64,000 nucleotides of DNA, from assembly GCA_950097015.1 (NCBI GenBank), contig CATNEN010000038.1, forward strand, positions 16,926,001 through 16,990,000, given 5' to 3'. The notes below the pieces were generated by a model that ran no database searches, was not told the origin of the DNA, and was given only the letters and a program-made list of their open reading frames with translations. Shown piece by piece: positions 1-12,762 of this stretch (positions are counted from its first letter, which is position 1; every line of letters begins with the position of its first letter). Made by a program: the position numbers and the translations under genes. Source of the DNA: Macrostomum hystrix. Taxonomy: Eukaryota > Animalia > Platyhelminthes.

Positions 1-3000
1 ATCTGCAACGGCAGCAGCAGCGGAGACTTTTCAATTTAGCCAGGCAACAAGACCGACCGAGAGACAGAAGCTTGGGATAAAACTCCCGTCTTCCTATCTT
101 AGTTCCTCTCTCTCTCTCTCTTGTTCCCTCATTCTTGTTTGCCGAATTCTCGCCTGCATGGATCCTCTTTCATCGACCACTTGTCTCCAGGGGTGGGTGT
201 TGGGCAGGCGGCCTGTCGTGGACTCACCCAGGATGTCCCACTCGACATTGTCGACAAACTGGCTCAAATCGATCGCGTAGTCGATGTAGGCCCGACAGTC
301 GTCGAAGCTCTGACGCCCGTTCCTGTCGGCTTCCTCCTTCTGTGCGACGTGGCGCAGGTCGATCAGGTAGCCATTGTGAGTCCAGGTGCCCAGTTTCAGG
401 GTGCAGTTCTGAGTGTCGAACGGAAAGAATTCAACGTTGATTTCGCACTGGCTTTTGAAGATGATCGGCGGCCGCCACAGAATGGTGCCGTCGTTCAGCA
501 CGTTGACTTTGTTGGCCGAGCTGCCGAGGTCCCAGTCACCGCCGGCGCTGAAAGTGTGACGTAGAACAATGGGATTTGGGATTGACTGAGAATAGAAAGA
601 ATGGGATTTTGGATTGACTGAGAATAGAAAGAATGGGATTTGGGATTGACTGAGAATGGGAAGAATGGGATTTGGGATTCTCTGTGAATAGAAAGAATGG
701 GATTTTGGATTGACTGAGAATAGAAAGAATGGGATTTTGGATTGACTGAGAATAGAAAGAATGGGATTTGGGATTGACTGAGAATGGGAAGAATGGGATT
801 TGGGATTGACTGTGAATAGAAAGAATTGGATTTGGGATTGACTGAGAATGGGAAGAATGGGATTTTGTATTGACTGAGAATAGAAAGAATGGGATTTGGG
901 ATTCTCTGTGAATAGAAAGAATGGGATTTGGGATTGACTGAGAATGGGAAGAATGGGATTTGGGATTCTCTGTGAATAGAAAGAATGGGATTTTGGATTG
1001 ACTGAGAATAGAAAGAATGGGATTTGGGATTCTCTGTGAATAAAAAGAATGGGATTTGGGATTGACTGAGAATAGAAAGAATGGGATTTGGGATTCTCTG
1101 TGAATAGAAAGAATGGGATTTTGGATTGACGGAGAATAGAAAGAATGGGATTTGGGATTCTCTGTGAATAGAAAGAATGGGATTTAGGATTGACGGTAAA
1201 TGGGAAGAATGGGATTTGAGATTGAGTGTGACGGGGAACAATGAGATCTTTCATTGAGTGTGACGGGGAACAATGGGATCTTTCATTGAGTGTGACGGGG
1301 AACAATGGGATCTTTGATTGAGTGTGACGGGGAACAATGGGATCTTTGATTGAGTGTGACGGGGAACAATGGGATCTTTGATTGAGTGTGACGGGGAACA
1401 ATGGGATCTTTGATTGAGTGTGACGGGGAACAATGGGATCTTTGATTGAGTGTGACGGGGAACAATGGGATCTTTGATTGAGTGTGACGGGGAACAATGG
1501 GATCTTTGATTGAGTGTGACGGGGAACAATGGGATCTTTGATTGAGTGTGACGGGGAACAATGGGATCTTTGATTGAGTGTGACGGGGAACAATGGGATC
1601 TTTGATTGAGTGTGACGGGGAACAATGGGATCTTTGATTGAGTGTGACGGGGAACAATGGGATCTTTGATTGAGTGTGACGGGGAACAATGGGATCTTTG
1701 ATTGAGTGTGACGGGGAACAATGGGATCTGTGATTGAGTGTGACGGGGGAACAGTGGGATCTTTGATTGAGTGTGACAGGGGAACAATGGGATCTTTCAT
1801 TGAATGTGACTGGGTAGTATTGGATCTGATAATATTCATATTTGCAGGAGGGCGCTGGCGCATTATTAGGAGACAGTGGGGAATTTCGGGCATTTCATCA
1901 GCCCACACCACAAGCAAACAGATACTAAATGCTGGCACACACCCACACACGTGTGAACATCTGCCCTGAATATTTCATCGTAAATCACTGTGCCTCAAGG
2001 GCGTAAATTTCACGACAAGCCATCAAGACTTCTCGCCGTGCACTCACTTATTGTAGAGCACGAGATCCGGTGTCCAGATATCCTCAGACGGAATGTGCAA
2101 CTCGGAAATATTGCCATAGTTGCTGTGATTCCAGACAAAGTTGGGGTCGTACCACTGCTGGGACACCCACATGTTCAGCGTGACAATCTGGTTCTTTTCG
2201 TCCTGCATGCGTCCAATAAAAATGAGATGAGATTAATAAATAAAGCGAAGACTGCGCGTTTTGCTTGTTTTGTCTTTTTCAACAAATTCCAAATCCCTAT
2301 CCTAATGTACCAAACAACTGCTTATCCTCCTGCTGATCTAGCTTTTTGAAGTTCGCTTTTTTGACCCTCGATGGATTTTGCTTTGAACCTGTTCAATAGT
2401 TAGGTTTTGAGATTTTGAGATGAATTTTAAACACTCCACTCATGCCGATAGTGTAGGCAGAGCTTGTGACGCAGCACTTAGTTTTATTAGGCTGCTGTCT
2501 ACTATATAAATACTGTGCCTTGCTTTGAATCCAGGAATAGAATCGATTGCTAGTCTAGCTTATGAATGAAGGAATAGAATGGATTGCTAGTCTAGCTTAT
2601 GAATGAAGGAATAGAATGGATTGCTAGTCTAGCTTATGAAGGAAGGAATAGAATGGATTGCTAGTCTAGCTTATAAATGAAGGAATAGAATGGATTGCTA
2701 GTCTAGCTTATGAATGAAGGAATAGAATGGATTGCTAGTCTAGCTTGTGAATGAGGGAATAGAATGGATTGCTAGTCTAGCTTATGAATGAAGGAATAGA
2801 ATGGATTGCTAGTCTAGCTTGTGAATGAGGGAATAGAATGGATTGCTAGTCTAGCTTATGAATGAAGGAATAGAATGGATTGCTAGTCTAGCTTATGAAT
2901 GAAGGAATAGAATGGATTGCTAGTCTAGCTTATGAATGAAGGAATAGAATGGATTGCTAGTCTAGCTTATGAATGAAGGAATAGAATGGATTGCTAGTCT

Positions 3001-6000
3001 AGCTTGTGAATGAAGGAATAGAATGGATTGCTAGTCTAGCTTATGAATGAAGGAATAGAATGGATTGCTAGTCTAGCTTATGAATGAGGGAATAGAATGG
3101 ATTGCTAGTCTAGCTTATGAATGAAGGAATAGAATGGATTGCTAGTCTAGCTTGTGAATGAGGGAATAGAATGGATTGCTAGTCTAGCTTATGAATGAAG
3201 GAATAGAATGGATTGCTAGTCTAGCTTATGAATGAAGGAATAGAATGGATTGCTAGTCTAGCTTATAAATGAAGGAATAGAATGGATTGCTAGTCTAGCT
3301 TATGAATGAAGGAATAGAATGGATTGCTAGTCTAGCTTATGAATGAAGGAATAGAATGGATTGCTAGTCTAGCTTATGAATGAAGGAATAGAATGGATTG
3401 CTAGTCTAGCTTATGAATGAGGGAATAGAATGGATTGCTAGTCTAGCTTGTGAATGAAGGAATAGAATGGATTGCTAGTCTAGCTTGTGAATGAAGGAAT
3501 AGAATGGATTGCTAGTCTAGCTTATGAATGAGGGAATAGAATGGATTGCTAGTCTAGCTTGTGAATGAAGGAATAGAATGGATTGCTAGTCTAGCTTGTG
3601 AATGAAGGAATAGAATGGATTGCTAGTCTAGCTTGTGAATGAAGGAATAGAATGGATTGCTAGTCTAGCTTGTGAATGAAGGAATAGAATGGATTGCTAG
3701 TCTAGCTTATGAATGAGGGAATAGAATGGATTGCTAGTCTAGCTTATGAATGAAGGAATAGAATGGATTGCTAGTCTAGCTTGTGAATGAAGGAATAGAA
3801 TGGATTGCTAGTCTAGCTTATGAATGAAGGAATAGAATGGATTGCTAGTCTAGCTTATGAATGAAGGAATAGAATGGATTGCTAGTCTAGCTTATGAATG
3901 AGGGAATAGAATGGATTGCTAGTCTAGCTTGTGAATGAAGGAATAGAATGGATTGCTAGTCTAGCTTATGAATGAAGGAATAGAATGGATTGCTAGTCTA
4001 GCTTATGAATGAAGGAATAGAATGGATTGCTAGTCTAGCTTATGAATGAAGGAATAGAATGGATTGCTAGTCTAGCTTATGAATGAAGGAATAGAATGGA
4101 TTGCTAGTCTAGCTTATGAATGAGGGAATAGAATGGATTGCTAGTCTAGCTTATGAATGAAGGAATAGAATGGATTGCTAGTCTAGCTTATAAATGAAGG
4201 AATAGAATGGATTGCTAGTCTAGCTTATGAATGAAGGAATAGAATGGATTGCTAGTCTAGCTTATGAATGAAGGAATAGAATGGATTGCTAGTCTAGCTT
4301 ATGAATGAAGGAATAGAATGGATTGCTAGTCTAGCTTATGAATGAAGGAATAGAATGGATTGCTAGTCTAGCTTAATGAATGAAGGAATAGAATGGATTG
4401 CTAGTCTAGCTTATGAATGAAGGAATAGAATGGATTGCTAGTCTAGCTTATGAATGAGGGAATAGAATGGATTGCTAGTCTAGCTTGTGAATGAAGGAAT
4501 AGAATGGATTGCTAATCTAGCTTGTGAATGAAGGAATAGAATGGATTGCTAGTCTAGCTTATGAATGAAGGAATAGAATGAATTGCTAGTCTAGCTTATG
4601 AATGAAGGAATAGAATGGATTGCTAGTCTAGCTTATGAATGAAGGAATAGAATGGATTGTTAGTCTAGTTTGTGAATGAAGGAATAGAATGGATTGCTAG
4701 TCTAGCTTATGAATGAAGAAATAGAATGGATTGCTAGTCTAGCTTATGAATGAAGGAATAGAATGGATTGCTAGTCTAGCTTATGAATGAAGGAATAGAA
4801 TGGATTGCTAGTCTAGCTTAATGAATGAAGGAATAGAATGGATTGCTAGTCTAGCTTATGAATGAAGGAATAGAATGGATTGCTAGTCTAGCTTAATGAA
4901 TGAAGGAATAGAATGGATTGCTAGTCTAGCTTATGAATGAAGGAATAGAATGGATTGCTAGTCTAGCTTATGAATGAAGGAATAGAATGGATTGCTAATC
5001 TAGCTTATGAATGAAGGAATAGAATGAATTGCTAGTCTAGCTTATGAATGAAGGAATAGAATGAATTGCTAGTCTAGCTTATGAATGAAGGAATAGAATG
5101 GATTGCTAGTCTAGCTTATGAATGAAGGAATAGAATGGATTGCTAGTCTAGCTTATGAATGAAGGAATAGAATGGATTGCTAGTCTAGCTTGTGAATGAA
5201 GGAATAGAATGGATTGCTAATCTAGCTTATGAATGAAGGAATAGAATGGATTGCTAGTCTAGCTTATGAATGAAGGAATAGAATGGATTGCTAGTCTAGC
5301 TTGTGAATGAAGGAATAGAATGGATTGCTAGTCTAGCTTATGAATGAAGGAATAGAATGGATTGCTAGTCTAGCTTATGAATGAAGGAATAGAATGGATT
5401 GCTAGTCTAGCTTATGAATGAAGGAATAGAATGGATTGCTAGTCTAGCTTATGAATGAAGAAATAGAATGGATTGCTAGTCTAGCTTAATGAATGAAGGA
5501 ATAGAATGGATTGCTAGTCTAGCTTAATGAATGAAGGAATAGAATGGATTGCTAGTCTAGCTTATGAATGAAGGAATAGAATGGATTGCTAGTCTAGCTT
5601 ATGAATGAAGGAATAGAATGGATTGCTAATCTAGCTTATGAATGAAGGAATAGAATGAATTGCTAGTCTAGCTTATGAATGAAGGAATAGAATGAATTGC
5701 TAGTCTAGCTTATGAATGAAGGAATAGAATGGATTGCTAGTCTAGCTTATGAATGAAGGAATAGAATGGATTGCTAGTCTAGCTTATGAATGAAGGAATA
5801 GAATGGATTGCTAGTCTAGCTTATGAATGAAGGAATAGAATGGATTGCTAGTCTAGCTAGTTTTGCACTGAGCCACAGATCAGTGCAAAAGTGCATAGTG
5901 TCGCTAACCACATCCAGTATCTGGGTGAGGCTGAGGTTCATGTACAGTAGTACAGGCTGGCTGTAGTTGGTGACGGGTCGCACGGAAGCCCGGTAGTTAG

Positions 6001-8084
6001 TTCGGTTCATCAGATCCTTGAACAGCTTCTTGGCACCCTCGATGGCTGACACACCTATGGAGGACAGTGAGGTTGGGTGTATAGCCGCGAGTTTACTAAT
6101 GACCCAGTTAAAAATGAATCGGTTGCAGAATGCGAATTGGCTAGGTTTATCGCCCGATCGGCATCAGCAGGACTGCACGGATTCGGATCCATGGACATTT
6201 TTTGCCCTTCAGGTTTCTTTGCGCCATAATTCAGTTACCTAGACAGTGCGCCCTCTCAGTTCCAGCTTATTTTTTAAAGGGCTTCTTTTTCTTCTGCAAC
6301 ATGCTGTTTTCTGTTGGCTCTGACCTTTTTTGCTGTTCAATTGAAGGAATCGGTTCCTTTGGGTCTAAGGAAGGGATTTCAAAAGAGACGGGACGGCTTA
6401 GTCTCTGGGGGTACTGATATTCATCCCCGGAAAATTGGACTGACAGCTTTGCTCGGTAACTGACACTGCAGCAACTGCTAAAGCAGACGCGACCAACCCG
6501 CAATGAATATTTTACATTGATTAGCAACTTTTGCATGTAAGGCTGTTGCTTTGGAATTGTGGGCACTCTAAAATACATTTTAGAGATATTTGGTTATCTT
6601 TTGCTAACTGACGCCAATTTACCGATTGAGCAAAGTCGCTTATGCGAAAAATGCTTGAACATTGTCGAAAGATATTGTTGCATTCAACATACGCTGACCC
6701 GTGAGCTCATGAAAGCTATGTACACAGACAGAAGAATGGGATCTTTGATTGAGTTTGAACGGGAAGAATGGGATCTTTGATTGAGTTTGAACGGGAAGAA
6801 TGGGATCTTTGATTGAGTGTGAATGGGAGGAATGGGATCTTTGATTGAGTTTGAACGGGAAGAATGGGGATCTTTAATTGAGTTTGAACGGGAAGAATGG
6901 GATCTTTGATTAAGTTTGAACGGGAAGAATGGGGATCTTTGATTGAGTTTGAACGGGAAGAATGGGATCTTTGATTGAGTTTGAACGGGAAGAATGGGAT
7001 CTTTGATTGAGTTTGAACGGGAAGAATGGGATCTTTGATTGAGTGTGACTGGGAAGAATGGGATCTTTGATTGAGTTTGAACGGGAAGAATGGGATCTTT
7101 GATTGAGTGTGAATGGGAAGAATGGGATCCTTGATTAAGTTTGAACGGGAAGAATGGGATCTTTGATTGAGTGTGAATGGGAAGAATGGGATCTTTGATT
7201 GAGTGTGAATGGGAAGAATGGGATCTTTGATTGAGTGTGACTGGGAAGAATGGGATCTTTGATTGAGTTTGAACGGGAAGAATGGGGATCTTTGATTGAG
7301 TTTGAACGGGAAGAATGGGATCTTTGATTGAGTGTGACTGGGAAGAATGGGATCTTTGATTGAGTGTGACCGGGAACAATGGGATCTTTGATTAAGCTTG
7401 AACGGGAAGAATGGGATCTTTGATTGAGTGTGAATGGGAAGAATGGGATCTTTGATTGAGTGTGAATGGGAAGAATGGGATCTTTGATTGAGTGTGACTG
7501 GGAAGAATGGGATCTTTGATTATTGAGTTTGAATGGGAAGAATGGGATCTTTGAATGAGTGTGACTGGGAAGAATGGGATCTTTGATTGAGTGTGAATGG
7601 GAAGAATGGGATCTTTGATTGAGTGTGACGGGGAACAATGGGATCTTTGATTGAGTGTGACAGGGGAACAATGGAATCTTTGATTGAGTGTGACAGGGGA
7701 ACAATGGGATCTTTGATTGAGTGTGACCGGGAACAATGGGATCTTTGATTAAGTTTGAACGGGAAGAATGGGATCTTTGATTGAGTGTGAATGGGAAGAA
7801 TGGGATCTTTGATTGAGTGTGAATGGGAAGAATGGGATATTTGATTGAGTGTGACTGGGAAGAATGGGATCTTTGATTGAGTGTGACTGGGAAGAATGGG
7901 ATCTTTGATTGAGTTTGAATGGGAACAATAGGATATTTGATTTAGTAGTCCCAATTCGCAACCGGTTCTCAAAAATGTTCTCTTCATGTTGTTCTCAGAA
8001 CACGCGTGTCTTACCTATCGGAAGTAGGCTGGCGGCCAGTAGGCAGAGTAAATACACGAATTTCATCGAGTTCAATTGCTGCAT
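1..8084 (-). CDS. Nicotinic acetylcholine receptor (Cys-loop ligand-gated channel) subunit, 5' part; gene continues beyond the left edge
   Basis: Phase-consistent GT-AG exons: 8084-8015 (signal peptide M(QQLNSM)[17 protein letters not shown]), 6054-5909 ([25 protein letters not shown]), 2202-2048 ([29 protein letters not shown]), 547-228 ([15 protein letters not shown], Cys-loop [28 protein letters not shown]). A further acceptor (ttgcag) ends at position 3. Loop C and TM exons are outside the window, so alpha versus non-alpha cannot be called. Confidence 0.93.
555..1815. repeat. 32-bp minisatellite with two variant blocks, nAChR intron 3
   Basis: Units GATTGACTGAGAATAGAAAGAATGGGATTTTG (about 570-1210) then GATTGAGTGTGACGGGGAACAATGGGATCTTT (about 1220-1815); period 32 measured in both blocks. 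Confidence 0.95.
1985..2041 (-). mobile_element. Fragment of tRNA-derived SINE family B
   Basis: Reverse complement GAGAAGTCTTGATGGCTTGTCGTGAAATTTACGCCCTTGAGG resembles the body of the copies at about 42080 and 59020. Confidence 0.55.
2534..5858. repeat. 37-bp minisatellite, about 90 copies, nAChR intron 2
   Basis: Unit GCTTATGAATGAAGGAATAGAATGGATTGCTAGTCTA, near-identical head-to-tail copies with no spacers. Confidence 0.97.
6732..7935. repeat. 32-bp minisatellite, nAChR intron 1 (same family as 555-1815)
   Basis: Unit GGGAAGAATGGGATCTTTGATTGAGT(T/G)TGA(A/C)(C/T); some units match the intron-3 unit exactly (GTGTGACGGGGAACAATGGGATCTTTGATTGA). Confidence 0.95.
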
Positions 8085-8895
8085 GGCTTCTGTAATCTCT
8101 GTCGCAACTGTAATAAATATGTTTCGCAGTAGACAATTCGCTAAAGATTCTTCCATAAGCGGCGGCTACTAAACTATATATTTATAATAAGTTTCGCAGT
8201 TGCCAAACGCAGCTGCAATCTGATTGGCTGTCTGTCTAAATGCATTGTAACTGGCAGCCCTGCAATGAATTTTGAATCCAATGAGACACAGTATACGATC
8301 AAATTGACAGCTCTAAGATGTACCAGGGGACTCTGTCCTGTGGAGCTGATTTGTAATATGATATTTGTTTGATTGTTACCTACAGAATTGACGATCGAAG
8401 AAAATTCCAGGGATGGGAAGAATTTCCAGGAAATTAGGGATTTTTCTGGTTTTGGAATCGGCAACATCAAAATACCTGTAAGGTAAGCACTCGCAATGCT
8501 CTAAACACAATTTAGATAATTTTTGCTTCCTTTCTCCAATACTTGCCTGCAGAAATGGTTGAACGAACAGCTCCGGAATCGCATCGAATTAAAAAGACTC
8601 GGAGCAGTAAAGCAGAACAGCAGCGTTTCAATTCTCAATATCAAATCTAATTTGCCTCTGCTCATTGGAAATATGCAAATGAAAATGAAACTTTCATTCT
8701 CCTTAAATTTTAGCGACGAAACGATTCCGCTGTCATGGGTTACCGAGGCAATATTTTGGTTGGCTGCAGACACAAACAGGCAGAGCTTTAGTAGACGAAT
8801 AAAACAGCTTTAGTGTTAATCCGATTCAGAATCCGCGCGAGGGTCGTCAGCAACAGTTGAAATTCGCAGCTGAACAATTGATTACGGATTTAGTG

Positions 8896-9708
8896 ATGAA
8901 GGAAGAGGCCAAACTGGGCATGCTTGTTCTGCTTCTCTGCTGCGCCAGCACTGTGGCTCTGGGACGCCAGTTCGAAATCGTGAGCCTCGGCTGCTACGTG
9001 GACGGCAACGATGGAGTGAGAGACTTCAATGGCCTGAAGAACTGGGGATTCAACAGGGTTGGCAGTGTGGATGTCTGGCAGACAGAGGCTGGAATCCGCA
9101 CCGACGCGATGACCTGGGAGCTGTGCAGCGGCTTCTGCGCTCTGGGTGGCTTCCAGTTCATGGCTGTACAGGGCAGGTCCTGGTGCGCCTGTGACAACTC
9201 GTACGGCTCGCAGGGACGAGCACCTGACTATGAATGCTATTCCACTTGTCCAGGAAACACAGCCCAGATTTGTGGAGGCCAATTTAGAAACAGCGTGTTT
9301 CAAATAAACTACAAAATTCGTGAGTCTAATGTTTTATTCCAAAACTTTTCATTATCACAAATATAGGCAAAGTTCTTAATTATTAGTTAGTATCTTAATT
9401 AACGAAAAACTCAAAGAAAAAATATTTTTAATGGTACTTGAGCCTCCTGCTCCTAATTCAAAACGCTGATCGTTGAAGGCGACGAGTTCGCTTTTAGCGA
9501 CCGGACGTTGATCGGCCTCACAGCTGTGGACGCTCCTGTCAGCAGGACCCTGAGCACTCGCGGGCTGATGCAGTGCGTGAGCCGCTGCCTGACTGGCTGC
9601 GAGGCCGTGCTCTTCATCCCGGAGACTGGGCAGTGCCACCTGCTGGAGTTCGCAGCTGTGCCAAATGCGTTCAACAACGGAGTCGGCAAGTATTTTGTCC
9701 GTGGCTAA
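8896..9708 (+). CDS. Small secreted WSC-domain + PAN/apple-like protein (paralogue 1)
   Basis: Exon 1 8896(or 8920)-9319: signal peptide MLVLLLCCASTVALG, WSC motif LGCYVD..MTWELCSGFC..WCACDN..C...CPGNTAQICGG..RNSVF, donor GTGAGT. Exon 2 9479-9708 joins in phase 1: ..QCVSRCLTGCEAVLFIPETGQCHLL.. (C-x3-C..C..C pattern typical of PAN/apple). Confidence 0.88.
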
Positions 9709-10064
9709 ACCTGGCAGAGACTTGGTGGTGCACTATCAATGAAACGGTGACTTTAAGGGGCAATGAGTTTTTAGAATATTATAATGCCCTTTCCTGTTCC
9801 TTCCCCTCACAAAGCCCTGTGACTCAGCCCCAGTGACCTTAATAAATCAAACGGAAATTTTCTAAAATATCTGTCTGTCAAACATTTTTAGAATGAGAAA
9901 GATGATGTCCATATATGTTGTCTAGTCATATTTAAAGGAGACATATGCACCTATTTTTGTTAATTTATGATTTTCCTATTCGAAAAATCAGAAAACACTT
10001 ATGTATATGATAGTGGCTGCTTAATTGGCATTCTGTGGTTAGAAAGTCTGAGGCTGCGTTTAAC

Positions 10065-12278
10065 CAAAGATTATAAATACCCAAGATACGTCACTCAATG
10101 CAAAAATCTGGTTTTCGCTCTCATCACACACTTTATGCCATAGACAAACATTCGGCCAGCTACAAATCGCCAAATTCGCATCATCATCAGCAGCAGCAGT
10201 CGTTTCCAGAATTTTTCTTTTCTTTTGAAGCACAGCACACCAAAGCAAAGCACTCTGTTGCGTCAGAGGCTGTTTAACATCAGTTTACTCGGTTCCTCCG
10301 AAGGACGGAAGAAGAGTGCAGCTTCACAGCTTTCCATCGAAGAATGATATAGCACAAGAATGGCTTCGATGGCTTCGATCGCTGACAATCTTGGAGCTGA
10401 ATCATTTAAATCTGGATTTCGTAAGGAAGCACAGGCTGAAGGTTTGTGGCCTTCACTTTCGGGACGAAGACTTTGTCAGACAAGCAGTGGGCAGAAGCAG
10501 GCCAGGAGCAAGGCTTCGGAAGAGCACTCTACCGGATTGCGACTCATTTCCTCCTCTGCTACGACCAGTCTCCCCTGATCCTGAACCTCTGCCAGATAAC
10601 ATTGCTGACAATCTATACCCACCAGTGCTGCAGAGCTTTGCAGAAGCATCAAGGTCTGACATGCGACCTTCACCGGTTGAACCTGCCTCAGGCACTAGCG
10701 ACTTGAAGGCACTGCCTGCTATGCGCTGCAAGATAGTTCGTCAGCGCAAGACTATCAAAGACCTACAGACCAAGTGCAGAAGGCTCCATTCAATAGCCCG
10801 TACAAGCTCTATGCGATGTAAAACGAAGCAGAAAGGACTTAGATGGACAAGATCTGAATTGAACAGGGCGATAGCACTGCACCATCACAGCCCTGCAGCG
10901 TACCGCCACCTAAGAGCCTCCGAAGACTTGGGTCTGCCGTCAGAAGCGACTATCAGAAGGCATAATCAACTGCTGTTTAGGCAGGAGGGCGTGTGCTCGA
11001 AGATCATCTCGGAGTTGCGTGATTGCATGGAGAGGAAGCCTGATCGGTACCGACTCGCAAAGCTGTGTGGATGCCATGCACCTCACCCCCTCATTACGCT
11101 ACCATGAACTCACCGACAGCATAATTGGTTGGTCAACTGGCAATAATGCTGCTCAGGAGCGGAAGCCGGTAAATCAAGCAGCAGTTGCAATGTTACGCGG
11201 CATAGCAGCACCATGGAAACAACCGATTGCGTACTTCACTTCGTACCACGGCATGAGCCAGCATCAGTTTAGGTCGGCAATTGACACTTGCTTGCGAGCA
11301 GCACACTCAGCTGGTAATCACAGTCAAAGCTTTGGTCTGCGATCAGGAGACCACACAGTGGGCGTACTTGAAGAGCATAACAGTAGATGGCAAGTGCAGC
11401 ATGCAACATCCTATAACTGGAGATGATGTTTACCTCATGATCGACATTCAGCACTGCTTAAAAAACTTGCGCAACTGTCTCATGCGGTCGGACATCGAAT
11501 ACGCGGAGGGCAAGCTGGCAAGTTGGCACCATGTTGCCGACTTCTATGACAGTTAGTGCCAGCGGGAGTTAAAGCTAGCAGTAAAGCTGAAGGAGTGCCA
11601 TATCAATCCAAAAATCGGGCAGAAGATGCGAGTGGCACTGGCAGCTCTGTCACTCCGTTGCGGGTGGCATGCGCACCGCGGTCTCTCACAATCAGCTCGG
11701 CTCACAGGCACTGTCGACAGCTGATTTTATCGACAGAGTAAACGAATATTTCGATTTGCTGAACTCGACAGGACTTCTTGAGCGATCTGGCAGGCGAGCT
11801 GTAACACTTGAGACACTGGATGCATTCAGAGAGAAGATGGATCGATCAGGCTTTGAGCTTCATCGGCAGCTGTTGTGCTATAGCACTGTAATTTGTTAAG
11901 TCGAACTGCTCATCTCTGTCCTCGACTTTTTTCTCACCATGTTTTTCGTGTTCTATGCGTATTTTTATATGCGTGTAAATATAAAATTATTATAAAATAT
12001 AATTTATAAAATTTATAAAATTGCCAGGCGAAATAGTTCTAGCGCCAGCAACAACCTATGCACATGCGTAATTTGATATAAATTCACTTAAATTTATGAA
12101 GTTCAATTCATCAATTTGTGCAATATACCACGTATGAGTATTCCGGCAATAAAAAATAGCAGCATTCATTCATGAAATGGTGCATAGCGCTATCAATGTC
12201 TATGGCATAAAGTGTGTGATGAGAGCGAAAACCAGATTTTTGCATTGAGTGGCGTATCTTGGGTATTTATAATCTTTG
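10065..12278 (+). mobile_element. P-element-superfamily DNA transposon (THAP transposase), defective
   Basis: 82-bp TIRs 10065-10146 and 12197-12278 with one mismatch, starting CAAAGATTATAAATAC, enclosing a THAP9/P-type transposase remnant. No matching target-site duplication (CGTTTAAC vs CCGAGGAC). Confidence 0.9.
10232..11899 (+). pseudogene. THAP domain + P-element transposase pseudogene
   Basis: THAP C2CH motif (CCVRGC..FP..W..VCGLHF), SPAAYRHLR..LPSEATIRR, then across several frameshifts VDAMHL, MLRGIAAPWKQPIAYF, VCDQ, DIQHCLKNLRN (DxxH), KMRVALAA, YFDLLNS. No in-frame ATG before THAP; C-terminal catalytic part missing. Confidence 0.9.
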
Positions 12279-12313
12279 CCGAGGACTATTGAGCGTGGCC
12301 GAGGACTTTTTAA

Positions 12314-12762
12314 CCATAGACTGCAAATTGAGCAGCCACTATTTTATATGAAATTCGATTTGGTTTGGCGCCCATTATATGGTTTAATGGGCCCCGTTTT
12401 CGGGACCATTATATGGCACACTGGTTCAAGACTTCGCATTTCCAACCATAGACGATAGATTCGTGGCTCAGAATGCGCCCATTAAACGTCCATTAACGAC
12501 GAAATCGGATTTTATAAATCTATAAAATACGATTGCTTATTTAATCGGTAAAAAATTGTACTATTCTGAGCCGGGAATGTGTTGTCTATGGTAATTTTTG
12601 GTGAGATTATTTGACAAAAACTAGGATATTATATCATATAATCTCCTCGAAAAAAGGAGCACTAATATATGGAACATTGAAGTGAACTTTGAATTCGGCT
12701 TTTACGTTTTGCCACCACTGACTGACTGGCTGCTTCGTGAGAAATTAATTTTTTGTCTATGG
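12314..12762. mobile_element. Degenerate nested CCATAGAC-ended MITE-like elements (outer about 12314-12762, inner 12446-12591)
   Basis: Inner ends: CCATAGACGATAGATTCGTGGCTCAGAAT versus reverse complement CCATAGACAACACATTCCCGGCTCAGAAT. Outer ends CCATAGAC..GCAGCCA / TGGCTGC..GTCTATGG. No TSDs seen. Confidence 0.45.

Noticed and set aside
94-1950. 618-aa ORF and overlapping ORFs
   Set aside because: Only 228-547 is a real nAChR exon; the rest is stop-free translation of the 32-bp intronic minisatellite.
2534-5858. CRISPR-like array (also considered for 24352-25895 and 47065-48050)
   Set aside because: Units are head-to-tail with no unique spacers, there are no cas genes, and the context is eukaryotic.
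6267-6578. 103-aa ORF in nAChR intron 1
   Set aside because: No recognisable motif, and it is not needed for the phase-consistent gene model (exon 8084-8015 joins 6054).
10200-10260. Spliced-leader AUG rescuing the ATG-less THAP ORF
   Set aside because: The AG acceptors I checked (10230, 10235, 10245) would not place a leader AUG in frame, and the transposase is frameshifted anyway.
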